In this document: positions 13,545-24,444 of the stretch, in pieces
Position numbering within the stretch: the first letter of the stretch is position 1
Layout: the number at the start of each line of letters is the position of its first letter
Source of the DNA: Pristiophorus japonicus
Lineage: Eukaryota
DNA length: 64,000 bases
Direction: 5' to 3'
Assembly (NCBI RefSeq): GCF_044704955.1
Contig: NC_091977.1
Coordinates: 329,654,001-329,718,000 of the forward strand
Notes under the pieces: model-generated
Databases searched by the model: none
What the model saw: only the letters and a program-made list of their open reading frames with translations
Told to the model about the DNA's origin: nothing
Position numbers and translations under genes: made by a program

Positions 13545-13975
13545 TATTAACTTGAATTTACAAAGCAACTTATCACATCCCAAAGCGCATCCCAATCAAT
13601 TACTTTTGAAGTGCAGTTGCTGCTGTCAAGTAGGCAAACTTTGCAGCTAATTTAGGCACAGCAAGATCCCACCAACAGTATAAAAATTGCCAAACAAACA
13701 GTTTTGGTGGCATTGGTAAAGGAAGTAATGTTAGGCAGAACACCAAGAGAACTCCACTACTCTTTGTCAAATAGTGCCACGAGATATTTTAAACCCACCT
13801 AATTAGGTGGGCAGGCCCTTAATTTAAAATTGTGAGCATCTCTCACGATGCAGCCCACACTCAGTAACGCACTGAAGTGTCAGCCTAGATTATGTACTGA
13901 AATCCTGCAACGGGGCTTGAACCCACAACCTTCTGACTCAAGAGGTGAGGGCGCTACCATCGGAGTCAAACTGAC
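13545..13975 (-). mobile_element. Deu-domain SINE (diverged)
   Basis: Head, core and tail are colinear with the 7138-7470 copy. Confidence 0.75.
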
Positions 13976-14174
13976 ATTTCCATCTTTATAACATTACCAA
14001 TAATAATTGGACATTTCAATGAGGCAGCACAGTACATTGAACCTTACTTAGTGTGTGATGTGTTTCAGGATAATTTTTCTGAAAGGATGTTAGAAATTCC
14101 TGTGGAAAAAGTAACAAAGTTTGGCCCTGGATAAATCCAGCGAAAATTGCTGGAAAGCTGAGCTGTGCAGGTAT

Positions 14175-14385
14175 CAGCCGTGGCTCAGTCAGTATCACTC
14201 TTGCCTCGAAGTCAGGTGGTTGTCAGTTCAACTCCCACTCCAGAGACTTGAGCCCATAATCCAGGCTGACACTCTAGTGCAGTACTGAGGGAGTGCTGCA
14301 TGGTCAGAGATGCCATCTTTCGGATGAGACATTAAACCGAGATCCCGTCTTTCCTCTCAGATTCCACAGGCACTATTCGAAGATC
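14175..14385 (+). mobile_element. Deu-domain SINE, 5' part
   Basis: CAGCCGTGGCTCAGT...GTTCAACTCCCACTCCAGAGACTTGAGC...GGATGAGACATTAAACCGAG. Confidence 0.85.
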
Positions 14386-14535
14386 CTTTCATTCCAAGGA
14401 CATCTTTTACTAGGACATTGTTTATTAATCCTGTCTCATTACACAGGACCAAATCCAAGATTGCCTGCCCCCTGGTTGGTTCTGTTACATACTGCTCAAG
14501 GAATCCATCCCTTATGAACTCTATGAACTCCTCCT

Positions 14536-14944
14536 CACCGGGGATAACTCTCCTGCTGTTCTTCTAAATTGTGCCATGGGATCTTTTACATCCATCTGAG
14601 AGAGCAGACAGAGTCTCAGTTTATTTTTAAAGTCTCAACCAAAAGACGGCACCTCCGACAGTACAGCACTCTCTCAGCACTGCACTGGAGTCTAGATTTA
14701 TGTGCTCAAGCAGTTGGAGTGGGACTTGAACCCACAATCTTCTGACTCGGGGAATGTGCTACCCATTGAGCCACAGCTGACACATTATCACATGATTGTT
14801 TGTGGGAGCTTGCTGTGCACAAATTGGCTGTTACGTTTCCTATAATACAACAGTGACGACACTTCAAAAAGTACTGCACTGGCTGTAAGGCGCTTTGGGA
14901 TGCCCTGATGTGGTGAAAGGCTCTATATTGATGCAAGACTTTCT
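14536..14944. mobile_element. Deu-domain SINE with inverted 5' half
   Basis: Head plus core on the minus strand (14536-14780) joined directly to the 3' tail on the plus strand (about 14785-14944). Confidence 0.8.
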
Positions 14945-15034
14945 GTGCATCACTCAGGGGGAATGAGGTCAAGTTTGGACGTGTTTGTGCAGAGGGGAGG
15001 GGTGGTGGGGAAGGGGGCAGACCCGTTAACTCAC

Positions 15035-15149
15035 CGCCATCCAACTCCACGGTATAAGTGGGCAGCGTCTCCAGGGACAGCTTATAACTGTCGAACTTGG
15101 GGTCAATCAGGCACCGGTCGACTGTGAGCGAACAGTTTGCAGCCGCCAT
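15035..15149 (-). CDS. NUDCD1: NudC domain-containing protein 1, coding exon 1
   Basis: Translates [38 protein letters not shown], which matches my recollection of the vertebrate NUDCD1 N-terminus (MEVAANCSLRVKRPLLDPRFEGYKLSLEPLPCY). Ends at a GTGAG donor (plus-strand ctcac 15030-15034), phase 1. Head-to-head with ENY2 as in human. Exon 2 was not recognised in 1-15034. Confidence 0.93.
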
Positions 15150-15515
15150 CACCGTTCCTTGCCGCGCATGCGCCGCCTGGGCATGCCGGGAGTTGTAGTT
15201 CTGCGGCTAGATTTTTAATTTATTATCTACATATCAATTATTTGAACGAATCAATGTTCATTGGCAAATATATTATGTGCATGTAATTGCGGCTTAATTT
15301 TGTGAAAAGTTTATGATCTTTGTCGTGCGGGTTAGAAATCGGGGGAAGATGTATGAGGACACCCCTTTGTTCCCGTTGTAAGTTACGCCGCTTTTGAATC
15401 AGAATTTAACATAATTCCTTTTCTTTATTTTCACTTTCTCGCTTTCTCTTGCAAGTTGTGTTTGACTAGCTCCAGTAATGGGTTATAAAACAGTTGCTAG
15501 CGCCGGGGAACGAGT
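15150..15515. promoter_or_regulatory. NUDCD1/ENY2 bidirectional promoter
   Basis: Lies between divergent first exons and is locally CpG-rich. NRF1-type GCGCATGCGC at 15164-15173; ZNF143/THAP11-type motif at 15181-15200 (minus strand AACTACAACTCCCGGCATGC); TATAAAA at 15484-15490 facing ENY2. Confidence 0.8.
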
Positions 15516-15604
15516 TTGTGGGAAGCGTTTGTCCAGGGACGAGTGTTGCTGGGCGCCGGCTCCTGGGATCCGGTCTGAAGCACTCGCTTTGTTGTGAGGC
15601 CCAG
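15515..15604 (+). other. ENY2: Probable non-coding first exon of ENY2
   Basis: GC-rich segment downstream of the TATA box, ending at a strong donor CCAG|GTGAGG (15604/15605). No in-frame ATG. The start is estimated from TATA spacing. Confidence 0.6.
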
Positions 15605-15715
15605 GTGAGGCGGCGGCGGCGGCACTACTCCCAGCGCCGGGGCAGGGTCATACCCGCAGGGGAGGGCTTTATGGCGGGGCGGGGTGTGGTGGAAGAGCAG
15701 GAGGAGAAAAGGACA

Positions 15716-16597
15716 CCCCTCCACGGTCTCTGAATTGTCAGACTGCTTGTCCCTCATCCAGTTCTGGATGAGCTGAAATGTTCTCCAATTGAATATTGGG
15801 AAGACCGAAGCCATTGTTTTTGGTCCCCACCATATACTCTGTTCCCCAGCCACTGACTCCATCCCTCTCCCTAACATCTGTTTGGGGCTGAACCAGACTA
15901 TTTGCAACCTTGGTGTCATTTTTGACCCAGAAATGAGCTTCCAACCACATATCTGTAGCATAACTAAAACTGCCTATTTCCACTTCTGTAACATTGCCCA
16001 TCTCTGCCCCAGCCTCAGCTCATCTGCTGTGACTCTTATCCATGCCTTTGTTACCTCCTAGACTTGTTCCAATGCATTCTACCCTACGGTGATCCAAAGC
16101 TCAGCTGCCCGTGTCCTAACTCGCACCAAGTCCCATTCACCCATCACCCCTGTGCTCGCTGACCTACATTGGCTCTTGGTTAAGCAACGCCTTTTTTTCA
16201 AAATTCTTGTCCATGATTTCATATCCCTACATTGCCTTGTCCCTCCCTATCTCTGTAATCTCCTTCAGCCCCACAAACCCCAGAGATGTCTGCACTCCTC
16301 TAATTCTGCCATCTTGAGCATCCCTGATTATAATCAGTCAATTATTGGTGGTCGTACCTTCAGTTGCCTTGACCCTAAGCTCTGGAATACCTTCCCTAAA
16401 CCTCTCTGCCTCTCTACTTCACATTCCTCCTTTTAAGATGCTCCTTAAAACTTATCTCTTTGACCAAGCTTTTGATCATCTGCCCTAATTTCTCCTTATG
16501 TGGCTCGGTGTCAAATTTCCATCTTGTAATACTCCTGTGACATGCCTTGGGATGTTTTACTACATTAAAGGCACAATAATAATACAAGTTATTGTTG
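15716..16597 (+). mobile_element. L2 LINE 3' fragment in ENY2 intron 1
   Basis: QLNIGKTEAIVFG, SITKTAYFHF, PITPVLADLHWL; tail similar to the SINE tails. Confidence 0.9.
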
Positions 16598-16734
16598 AAA
16601 GATGAAGGTGAGGGGGCAGACCTGTGGAAAGAGAAAAGAGAGGGGGCAGGAATGCAGAGGGGTGAACATGCCTGGGCAAAGTGCGGGGGAGCGGGCGGTA
16701 TGCAGTGAACAGATGTGAAACAGGGATGCGCAGG

Positions 16735-17228
16735 ATTGCACTTTAAGAAGGATGAGAAGGCCTTGGAGAGGGTGCAGAAAAGATTTACGAGAATGATTCC
16801 AAGAATGAGGGACTTAAGTTACGTAGATAGACTAGAGAAGCTGGGGTTGTTTTACTTGGAACAGAGAAGGTTGAGAGGAGATGTGAAAGAGGTATTCAAA
16901 ATCAAGACCGAATCGATAAGAGAAACTCATTCAATTGGCGGAAGGGTCGAGAACCACTAAACACAGATTTAAGGTGATTGACAAAAGAACTAAAAGCGAC
17001 ATGAGGAAAAACTTTTTTAAGCAGTGAGTGGTTAGGATCTGGAATGCCCTGCACGAAAGGGTGGTGGAGGCAGACTCAATCATTTCAAAAGGGAATTGGA
17101 TAAGTACCTGAAGGAAAAACATTTGCAGGGCTACAGAGAGAATGCAGGGGAATGGGACTAGCTGAAATGCTCTTGCAGAGAGCTGACACGGGCTGAATGG
17201 CCTTCTGTGCTGTAACCATTCTATGATT
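16735..17228 (+). mobile_element. CR1 LINE 3' fragment
   Basis: ALERVQKRFTRMIP...LEKLGLF.LEQRRLRGD; tail ttctatgatt. Confidence 0.88.
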
Positions 17229-18309
17229 TTGGGATGAAGTCCTGGCTCAGTCACTGAATCTCCTCCCTTGACTTGACTGTACATTGGTTTTGAGAGCCAG
17301 GTTGCCAGAACTAGTTAGCTGCGGGTTAGCGCCCTGTCTTCGCTTTCTGCTGTAGAACTGCTTTTGAATATTTCCCCCCGTAAGTGCCCATATAGCACAT
17401 GAAACAGTTTTCTGATGACTTTGTAATGGAAGGGAAAGATATGGGGAGGGGGTTGGTGTCGTTGCTTCGCTTTGAATTGTGGCTATAGACTCTTTACATC
17501 AAGATTCTCACTGGTACGGAGCTTCTATTCTTTCTGCCTCTTTATGCTGCCACTGTTAACAGAGGTCTTACTGCTATATATGGTTTTTCCTTGTCTTTGT
17601 TCTGCTAATGACTCTACCTTTTTTTCCTGAGTATAGGTGTGGGTGAGAGATGTCCCAGCCAGCAGTGCACTTTAGTTGAGTTATGTAAATCCTAACGTCA
17701 AGATGCAAGGCAGTGGCGTGGGGTGCCATTCAAACATTGACGAGCACTACAGTTAATCTGGTTGTAAAAATTCCTTAATGGCAGCCTCAATTGTAGTGCT
17801 ACCTCAACACTCAGATGTTCAGAATAATCTAATTGAAAAATGTGATTTTGGTAGTTCAGTAGTGATGAAGGGACATTGAATGTTAATTACAGGGCTGTCT
17901 CCTGGATGGTTTGCAAAGTATGTTTGGAAAGAATGAACTACAGTCTTTTTTGATAAAAGTGAAGCTCCGTTCAGTTAGTTTTTATTTACAAATGATGATC
18001 TGTTAATTGAACTATAACTTAAGTGCAAGTTACTGCACTGCAAAATATCCTTACAGCCACTAGCAGTCACTTTTATATTACAACAATAGTCAGTGAATTA
18101 AAAGTACTTTGTTTAAAATCTCACAGCTGCAGCTTGTATTGATTGGTGTGAATGCAGCTCCTTTTCATTACATACTTGTCTTCCAACTGCAGTATGTATA
18201 TGTAGGGAAGATTAGAGTTAGTTAATCAAGTCATTTACACTTATTTCCAGTCATTTTTATTCGAGATATATGTTGTAGTTTGTATTTTCCAACTCTGGCA
18301 TTAAAAGTC

Positions 18310-20975
18310 GACTAACGCCAGAGTTGAGAGGTCACCGACCTCTGGGGAGGTGTAATCAGCAGAGCGAGGGCAGGGAAACCAACTTCAAAGGTACCCCCCT
18401 CCTGACAAAATGTTTAGAACATGGCCTTGTCATAACCAACACCTTGTTCCGTCAGAAAGGCAAATATAAGGCTTCATGGCAACACCCTCGCTCCAAGCAC
18501 TGGCATCTACTAGTCTACGTCATTGTCCGAACGAGGGACTGCAAGGACGTACGCATCACCCGTGCTATGACGGGAGCTGATGACTGTTGGATGGACCACC
18601 GCCTAATCTGCTCTGTCATCACCATCAACGTAGCTCCAAAACAGCGATGGCAACAGAAACAATGCCGCAGGAAAATCAACGCAGAAGCACTCCAAGATCT
18701 TGCTAAGAAAGCCCTATTCAGCCAGTGCCTCACTGCTTATTTGACGACTCCCAGTGACCCAGAAACGCAGAGTGTCCACAGTGCTTGGTCTGCCCTTAAG
18801 GCCTCCATAATTAGCACCTGTGAAGAGATGCTCGGTCACTCGACCAGGAAACAGCAAGACTGGTTCGACGAGAACAATCAGGAAATACAGAAGTTAATAA
18901 GCCGCAAGCGCAAGGCATTCTTTAACTGGAAACCACAACACAACTAGAGAGCAAGAAAGCAGCTCTACAGACGCCTGAAGGCTCCAACAAATAACTCGCG
19001 ACCTATAGAACAGATGGTGGATGGAGAAAGCGCAGGAGATCTAGCAACTAGCTGACCACCACGACGTGCGAGGATTCTTTAGCGCAGTCGAGACCACCTA
19101 CGGCCCAAGCACTCAAGGTCATACTCCACTGCTGGCCAAGAATGGAGAGGTACTCATCAAGGACAGAGGCAGTCAGTGCCCAATGAAAGGAGTACTTCAA
19201 AGATTTCCTTAATCAAGACTCTGTCTTCGATGTGAGTGTCCTTGACTCCATCTCGCAGCATGGTACCCACCACCATCTCAGCACAGCCCCAGCCCGGCAT
19301 GAGATAGAAAAGGCCATCCGACAACTGAAGTACAACAAGGCCTCAGGAGCAGATGGAATCCCCGCAAAAGCACTAAAACATGGCGGAGAAGCACTATTGG
19401 CATGAATACATGATCTCATTTCTCTTATCTGGAAGGAGTAGAGCATTCCAGGGGATCTCCGAGACGCCGTAATCGTGACCAGCTTCAAGAATGGTGACCA
19501 GTCCGATTGCGGTAATTACAGAAGAGATTTCCCTGCTGTGTGCCACAGGGAAAGTCCTCACAAGAATCCTCCTCAATCGCCCTGTCCCTGTGGCTGAAGA
19601 GCTCCTCCCAGAGTTGCAATGCGGATTCCGCCCACTAAGGGGCACAATGGGCAGGATCTTCCGCGCGGCAAATCCAAGAGCAATGCAGGGAACAGCACCA
19701 AACTCTACATCGCCTTCTTTGACCTCAAAGGCCTTCGACATTCAACCATGAGGGATTATGGAGCATCCTCCTCAAATTCGGCTTCCCCAGAAGTTTGTTG
19801 CCTGCTTCACGATGACATGCAAGCTGTGATCCTGACCAACGGATCCACCACAGACCCAATGCATGTTCGGATCGGGGTTAAGCAAGACTGTGTCATTGCA
19901 CCAATACTCTTCTCGATCTCACTTGCTGCAATGCTCCATCTCACCCTCAGTAAGTTCCCTGCTGGAATGGAGCTAATCTACAGAACAAACGGGAAACTAT
20001 TCAACCTACGCCGCCTCCAGGCCAGATCCAAGGTCGTCCCATCCTCTGTCATTGAATTACAGTACGCAGACGACATTTGCATCTGGGCACACTCGACACT
20101 TTCACTGAAGCCTTCGAGAGCATGGGCCTTACACTAAACATCCATAAGACAAAGGTCCTCTACCAACTTGCCCCTGCCACAGCAGTGCCCCCCAATTATC
20201 AAAATCCATGACGAGGCCTTGGACAACGTGGACCATTTTCCATACCTCGGGAGCCTACAGTCAACAAGGGCAGACATCGATGATGATGTCCAACACCGCT
20301 TTCAGTGTGCCAGTGCAGCCTTCGGTCACCTGAGGAAGAGAGTGTTTTGAAGATCAGGACCTCAAACCCGGCACCAAGCTCATGGACTATGTACAGATGG
20401 CACCTCAAAACACTGGAGAAGTACCACCAACGCTGCTTCTGCAAGATCCTGCAAATTCACTGGCAGATAGGGGCACCAATGTCCATGTTCTCGCTCAGGC
20501 CAACATCCCCAGCATCGAAGCATTGACCACGCTTAATCAGCTCCGTTGGACGGGCCACATCGTCCGCATGCCCGATACGAGACTCCAAAAACAAGCGCTC
20601 CACTCGGAGCTTCGATACGGCAAGCGAGCCCCAGGTAGGCAGAGGAAATTCTTCAAAGGCCCCCTCAAAGCCTCCTTGGAAAATGTGCAACATCCCCACT
20701 GACACTTGGGAATTCCTGGCCCAAGACCGGTCAAAGTGGAGGAAAAGCATTCGGGAAGGTGCCGAACACCTAGAATCTCTTCGCCGGGAGCAAGCTGAAG
20801 CCAAGTGTAGACAGCAGAAAGGGCGCATGGCAACCCAAGCACCCCACCCACCTTCAACCACCGTCTTCCCCACCTGTGACAGAAACCGTAGGTCCCGCAT
20901 TGGACTCATCAATCACCCGAGAACTCATTTTAGTGTGGAAGCAAGTCATCCTCGACTCCGAGGGACTGCCTAAGA
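18310..20975 (+). mobile_element. RTE-clade LINE, 5'-truncated and degenerate
   Basis: Endonuclease C-terminus (LVITNTLF..SWQHPRSKHWHL), RT motifs (QCGFRP, GVKQDCVIAP, LQYADD), C-terminal Cys/His region and 3' terminus; frameshifted. Confidence 0.93.
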
Positions 20976-21852
20976 AGTAGTTTGTATAGGGAGGAGAAGG
21001 GTGTTGGAGATGTCAATTCTGAAGGTAACAAGCGTGGATATGGTTTTCCATGGCAGTCGGGGTAAGCTAGGGGAAGAGGTTAGTAATGTTACAGAATCTG
21101 AGGTAACCATCTTGGCGATTGCTGAAATATGGCATTTGAAATGCAGCTCGGGCTGGGGATTGTATAGCATCTGGTCTAGCCAAAGCAAGCAGCCTGGGGG
21201 AGGGGCTGATGTCGTGGGTGGTGGGGCCTATTGCTTTCCGTTTTATACCAAAATACTTCAAAACTGCACAGCCACCAGTCAGTCGCAGCCCCTCTCTTCT
21301 CTCTTCCCTCTGCTTGTTACTGTATCCAAAATACTACATGCCTGATGTAATATGGTGGTGTGGAATAATAATGCAAGAAAGCTAAAGGCCAACAATTACT
21401 TTAGAGTCCTAGAAACAGATTGGAAATATTTTTTTTTCCAAACACAGTATTTTGCTATTAACTCTCAGCTTTATTTCCAATCCCATGTACCAATCTGCCC
21501 ATTCAAGACAGACATTTTTGTTTTGAACAAGAAACTGTAGTGTATACAATCTGAATGTGCTGGTCATCTCCAATGTGCTTGTGAAAAATGGCTTCACATA
21601 AAAGAGCCCTGTGCTTTATTAATGTCCGAAGTCCTTTGCCTTGTTCACGTCAGGCTTCTCTCATTTATCAGTTATATTCTCATCTGCTGTCCACACCCTG
21701 AATGTGAACCAATTGTGACATGTTCAAATGTGCTAAAAAGTCAGCTGATAGTTTTTGGGGGAATGCTGGCTGTAAAAACAAAAGGCCTCAGTTCCTTACA
21801 TATTCATAAATGCTGATGGTTTTTATGCTGTTTTGGTTACTAGGTTTCTGAA

Positions 21853-21920
21853 ATGAATAAAGACGCGCAACTCCGAGCAACTATAAACCAGAAATTGATA
21901 GAAACGGGCGAGCGAGAACG
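21853..21920 (+). CDS. ENY2: ENY2 (Sus1 homolog; SAGA DUB module/TREX-2 subunit), coding part of exon 2 (exon 21844-21920)
   Basis: tag|GTT TCT GAA ATG...; reads (VSE)MNKDAQLRATINQKLIETGERER; donor CG|gtaag; 77-bp exon. Confidence 0.96.
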
Positions 21921-22012
21921 GTAAGACAGTTTCCATCTTGAATGCATTTTAGAATGACTAAATAATTAGGGCATCAAATCATTCTGGTCTCTTTTTTTTT
22001 TTTTTCCCACAG

Positions 22013-22083
22013 TCTGAAGGAGTTGCTCCGAGCAAAGCTCACTGAATGTGGATGGAAAGATCAGTTGAAAGCGCACTGTAAAG
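22013..22083 (+). CDS. ENY2: ENY2 exon 3
   Basis: Poly-T tract plus cag acceptor; [23 protein letters not shown]; donor G|gtaaac; phases are consistent with the neighbouring exons. Confidence 0.97.
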
Positions 22084-23826
22084 GTAAACTTTCATTGGGG
22101 AAGAGGACTGACCTCTTGTTGATGGAGACCTTTCAACTGCAACTTGGAACATATGAACTGGAGAGAAATGTACCATTTGGCACCAGGGCAAAAGTGACTG
22201 CAGGCTGATTGACCAAAGGATGAGGATTGAGATCGTTCACTGGTTTCTCATCATTTTCTGGGCATGGGGTTCTGATAGTCTGTTCATTTAAAAACACACA
22301 CAGTTCAGCTTCAATGTAATTTGGGTGCAGCCTAAATGATTATCCTTAAATCTAACTGGATTATTTTTAATATAAAAGAATAAAGTGAGGCTGAAAAAAA
22401 TAAACTTTAATTAGCTGGTGAAGGATGCAATATCCGATTAAATGTAGAACAATGAGGAATCCTAAAAAAAAATGTACCCATCGAGTTTGCGCCGGCTATT
22501 TCGTAGAGCAAACTGGGAAACTGGTTCTTTCTGAAAGAAAGGGAAGAGTCTGGGTTGGAACATTGGCGTTTTATCACTGTCTTGGTTTTAAATTCACCAC
22601 AGGGATGAACGTCGTCCTTTTTGTCAGTTTTCTGAAATGTGCTTGGGCATCTTCAATTCTTTCCCTAGTGGGTGTAGGTTCACTTCACATTACACATCCA
22701 CCCACATTTCAACTCTTAATTTGCAGTCACTATGAAAGGGATTTTAAGAACAGTTGGGGAAGGAATGGAGCACAGGACTAGGATCACCAGGGCACATTCC
22801 TTCAACTGCTTGCCCTGTTTCTGAGCACTAGTGCACGACACTGGTGGTCTTGGTATCGTGTGGTATCCAATGGTTCAGTTGAAGCCTCCTTCAACTGGTG
22901 AGCATTGCAGGACATAGTTTTATCAACATTGAGGATGAAATTGCTATATAATAAAACTATTATATTGCTGTAGAAATTGCTATATTTAGACAAAGGTCCT
23001 CCACCAGCCTGTCCTCGCCGCACCCCCCCACCCCAGTCATCAATATATCAATGCTTTTTAGTTGACTGTACTACCTGCATTGTTTTAGTGATGCCCTCCT
23101 CCCTGGGAGGAGCATCTGGAAATATTTGTCTCAGTCGCATTGAACTAGCATAATTAAACTGTCCAAGGACAACCCTAATAAAATGGGGCTACAGCTGTCA
23201 AGCAGTTACGTAAGCGCACACCTGCATGCTCCATGCAGTGACTGGGACATGGGGTCGATCTGAGTGAACTGAACTGATCAAATCATACAGCACAGAAGGA
23301 GGCCATTCGACCCATTGTGCTTGTCGACTCTTTGAAAAAGCTATCCAATTAGTGGCAGCTGGTTTAAAAGTGAGTTATTCTAGACCAGTGACAAATCCTA
23401 GATGTGCCAGCTCTGTGCTGTCCAGTGCCTCTCCTGCACATTGTGGTCTGGTGTGTGTGCATAGGTTTTAATGGGTGAAGTTCTGGGGACAAGTTTGTTG
23501 AACCAATTGTAGGAATTAATTGTTTGCATGCACTATTAAGTTCTGACTTTTTGTAACCGTTTAATGTATATAATCAATAATATTACAGTTTCTAATAATT
23601 TAAAGAAAATATGGAAAAGGATAATCTCAGATGATTTTAGAAACTGAAAAAGATAGAATAAAAATGGTAATGTTGCCCAATGATGTGAAGCAATTACCAT
23701 TAACTCAAATCTCAAATGTTAAAATTTGAAGTTTTAAACTGAATATTTAGAGAGCTGGTTATAACTTAATTTTGATGTCAATATTTATATGTTCTGATTT
23801 TTAAATTTCTTCCACATCTCTTGAAG

Positions 23827-23901
23827 ATGTGATTAGGGAAAAAGGATTGGAACATGTTACAGTTGACGATTTGGTGGCAGAAATTACTCCAAAAGGGAGA
23901 G
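23827..23901 (+). CDS. ENY2: ENY2 exon 4
   Basis: aag acceptor; [25 protein letters not shown]; donor G|gtatgt. Confidence 0.97.
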
Positions 23902-23917
23902 GTATGTATATGTGGCC

Positions 23918-24098
23918 AATTCACTAAATATATTCAAAAAGGAGTTAGATGTAGTCCTTACTACTAGGGGGATCGAGGGGTATGGTGAGAAAGCAGGAAT
24001 GGGGTACTGAAGTTGCATGTTCAGCCATGAACTCATTGGCTGTGCAGGCTCAAAGGGCCGAATGGCCTACTCCTGCACCTATTTTCTGTGTTTCTATG
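23918..24098 (+). mobile_element. Short CR1 3' end about 17 nt downstream of the ENY2 exon 4 donor
   Basis: Matches the 3' ends of the CR1 copies at 42455 and 55470-55619. Confidence 0.85.
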
Positions 24099-24444
24099 TT
24101 AACTTGTGTGGAGTATGCAATAGGAGGGCAACGATCCCCCTAAGGCGCATGGCTATGCATCAATCGAGAGATCCCACGCAGGTCGCTCAGAAGCTGTTGC
24201 CGCTGAAAGATACTGCGCACGCGTGGCCGTGCACAAAAAAAAATATTAGTTGGAACATTGCAGGAGAGTGGTAATAAATTTATCATCCTCAATTGTGAGC
24301 TAATCTACAGCACCAATTTCAGGTTTAGTCTTCTGTGGATTTGCTTTGGGATTCACTTATTGGAGCAGTTCCTATATGCAAGAAGAGAATTGAAGTGGCA
24401 GGTCTCCATGGGAGGCAAAAATGAACACAACTCTATTTGCTAAT

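Noticed and set aside
14175-14250. tRNA gene
   Set aside because: The A/B-box-like head continues into the SINE core and no full cloverleaf is present.
14993-15018. G-quadruplex-like G-runs near NUDCD1 exon 1
   Set aside because: Such runs are common near promoters, lie on the template strand here, and show no sign of function.
14706-15034. C-terminal 109 aa of the 148-aa ORF at 14706-15152
   Set aside because: Read-through past the NUDCD1 exon 1 donor into intron and SINE sequence.
1-15034. NUDCD1 exon 2 and later exons
   Set aside because: I searched by eye for KLRDDQY/AFGMYNYL-like coding on the minus strand and found no match; they probably lie left of the window.
24099-24260. Possible hAT MITE ending ggaacattg
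   Set aside because: The left terminus and TSD could not be established.
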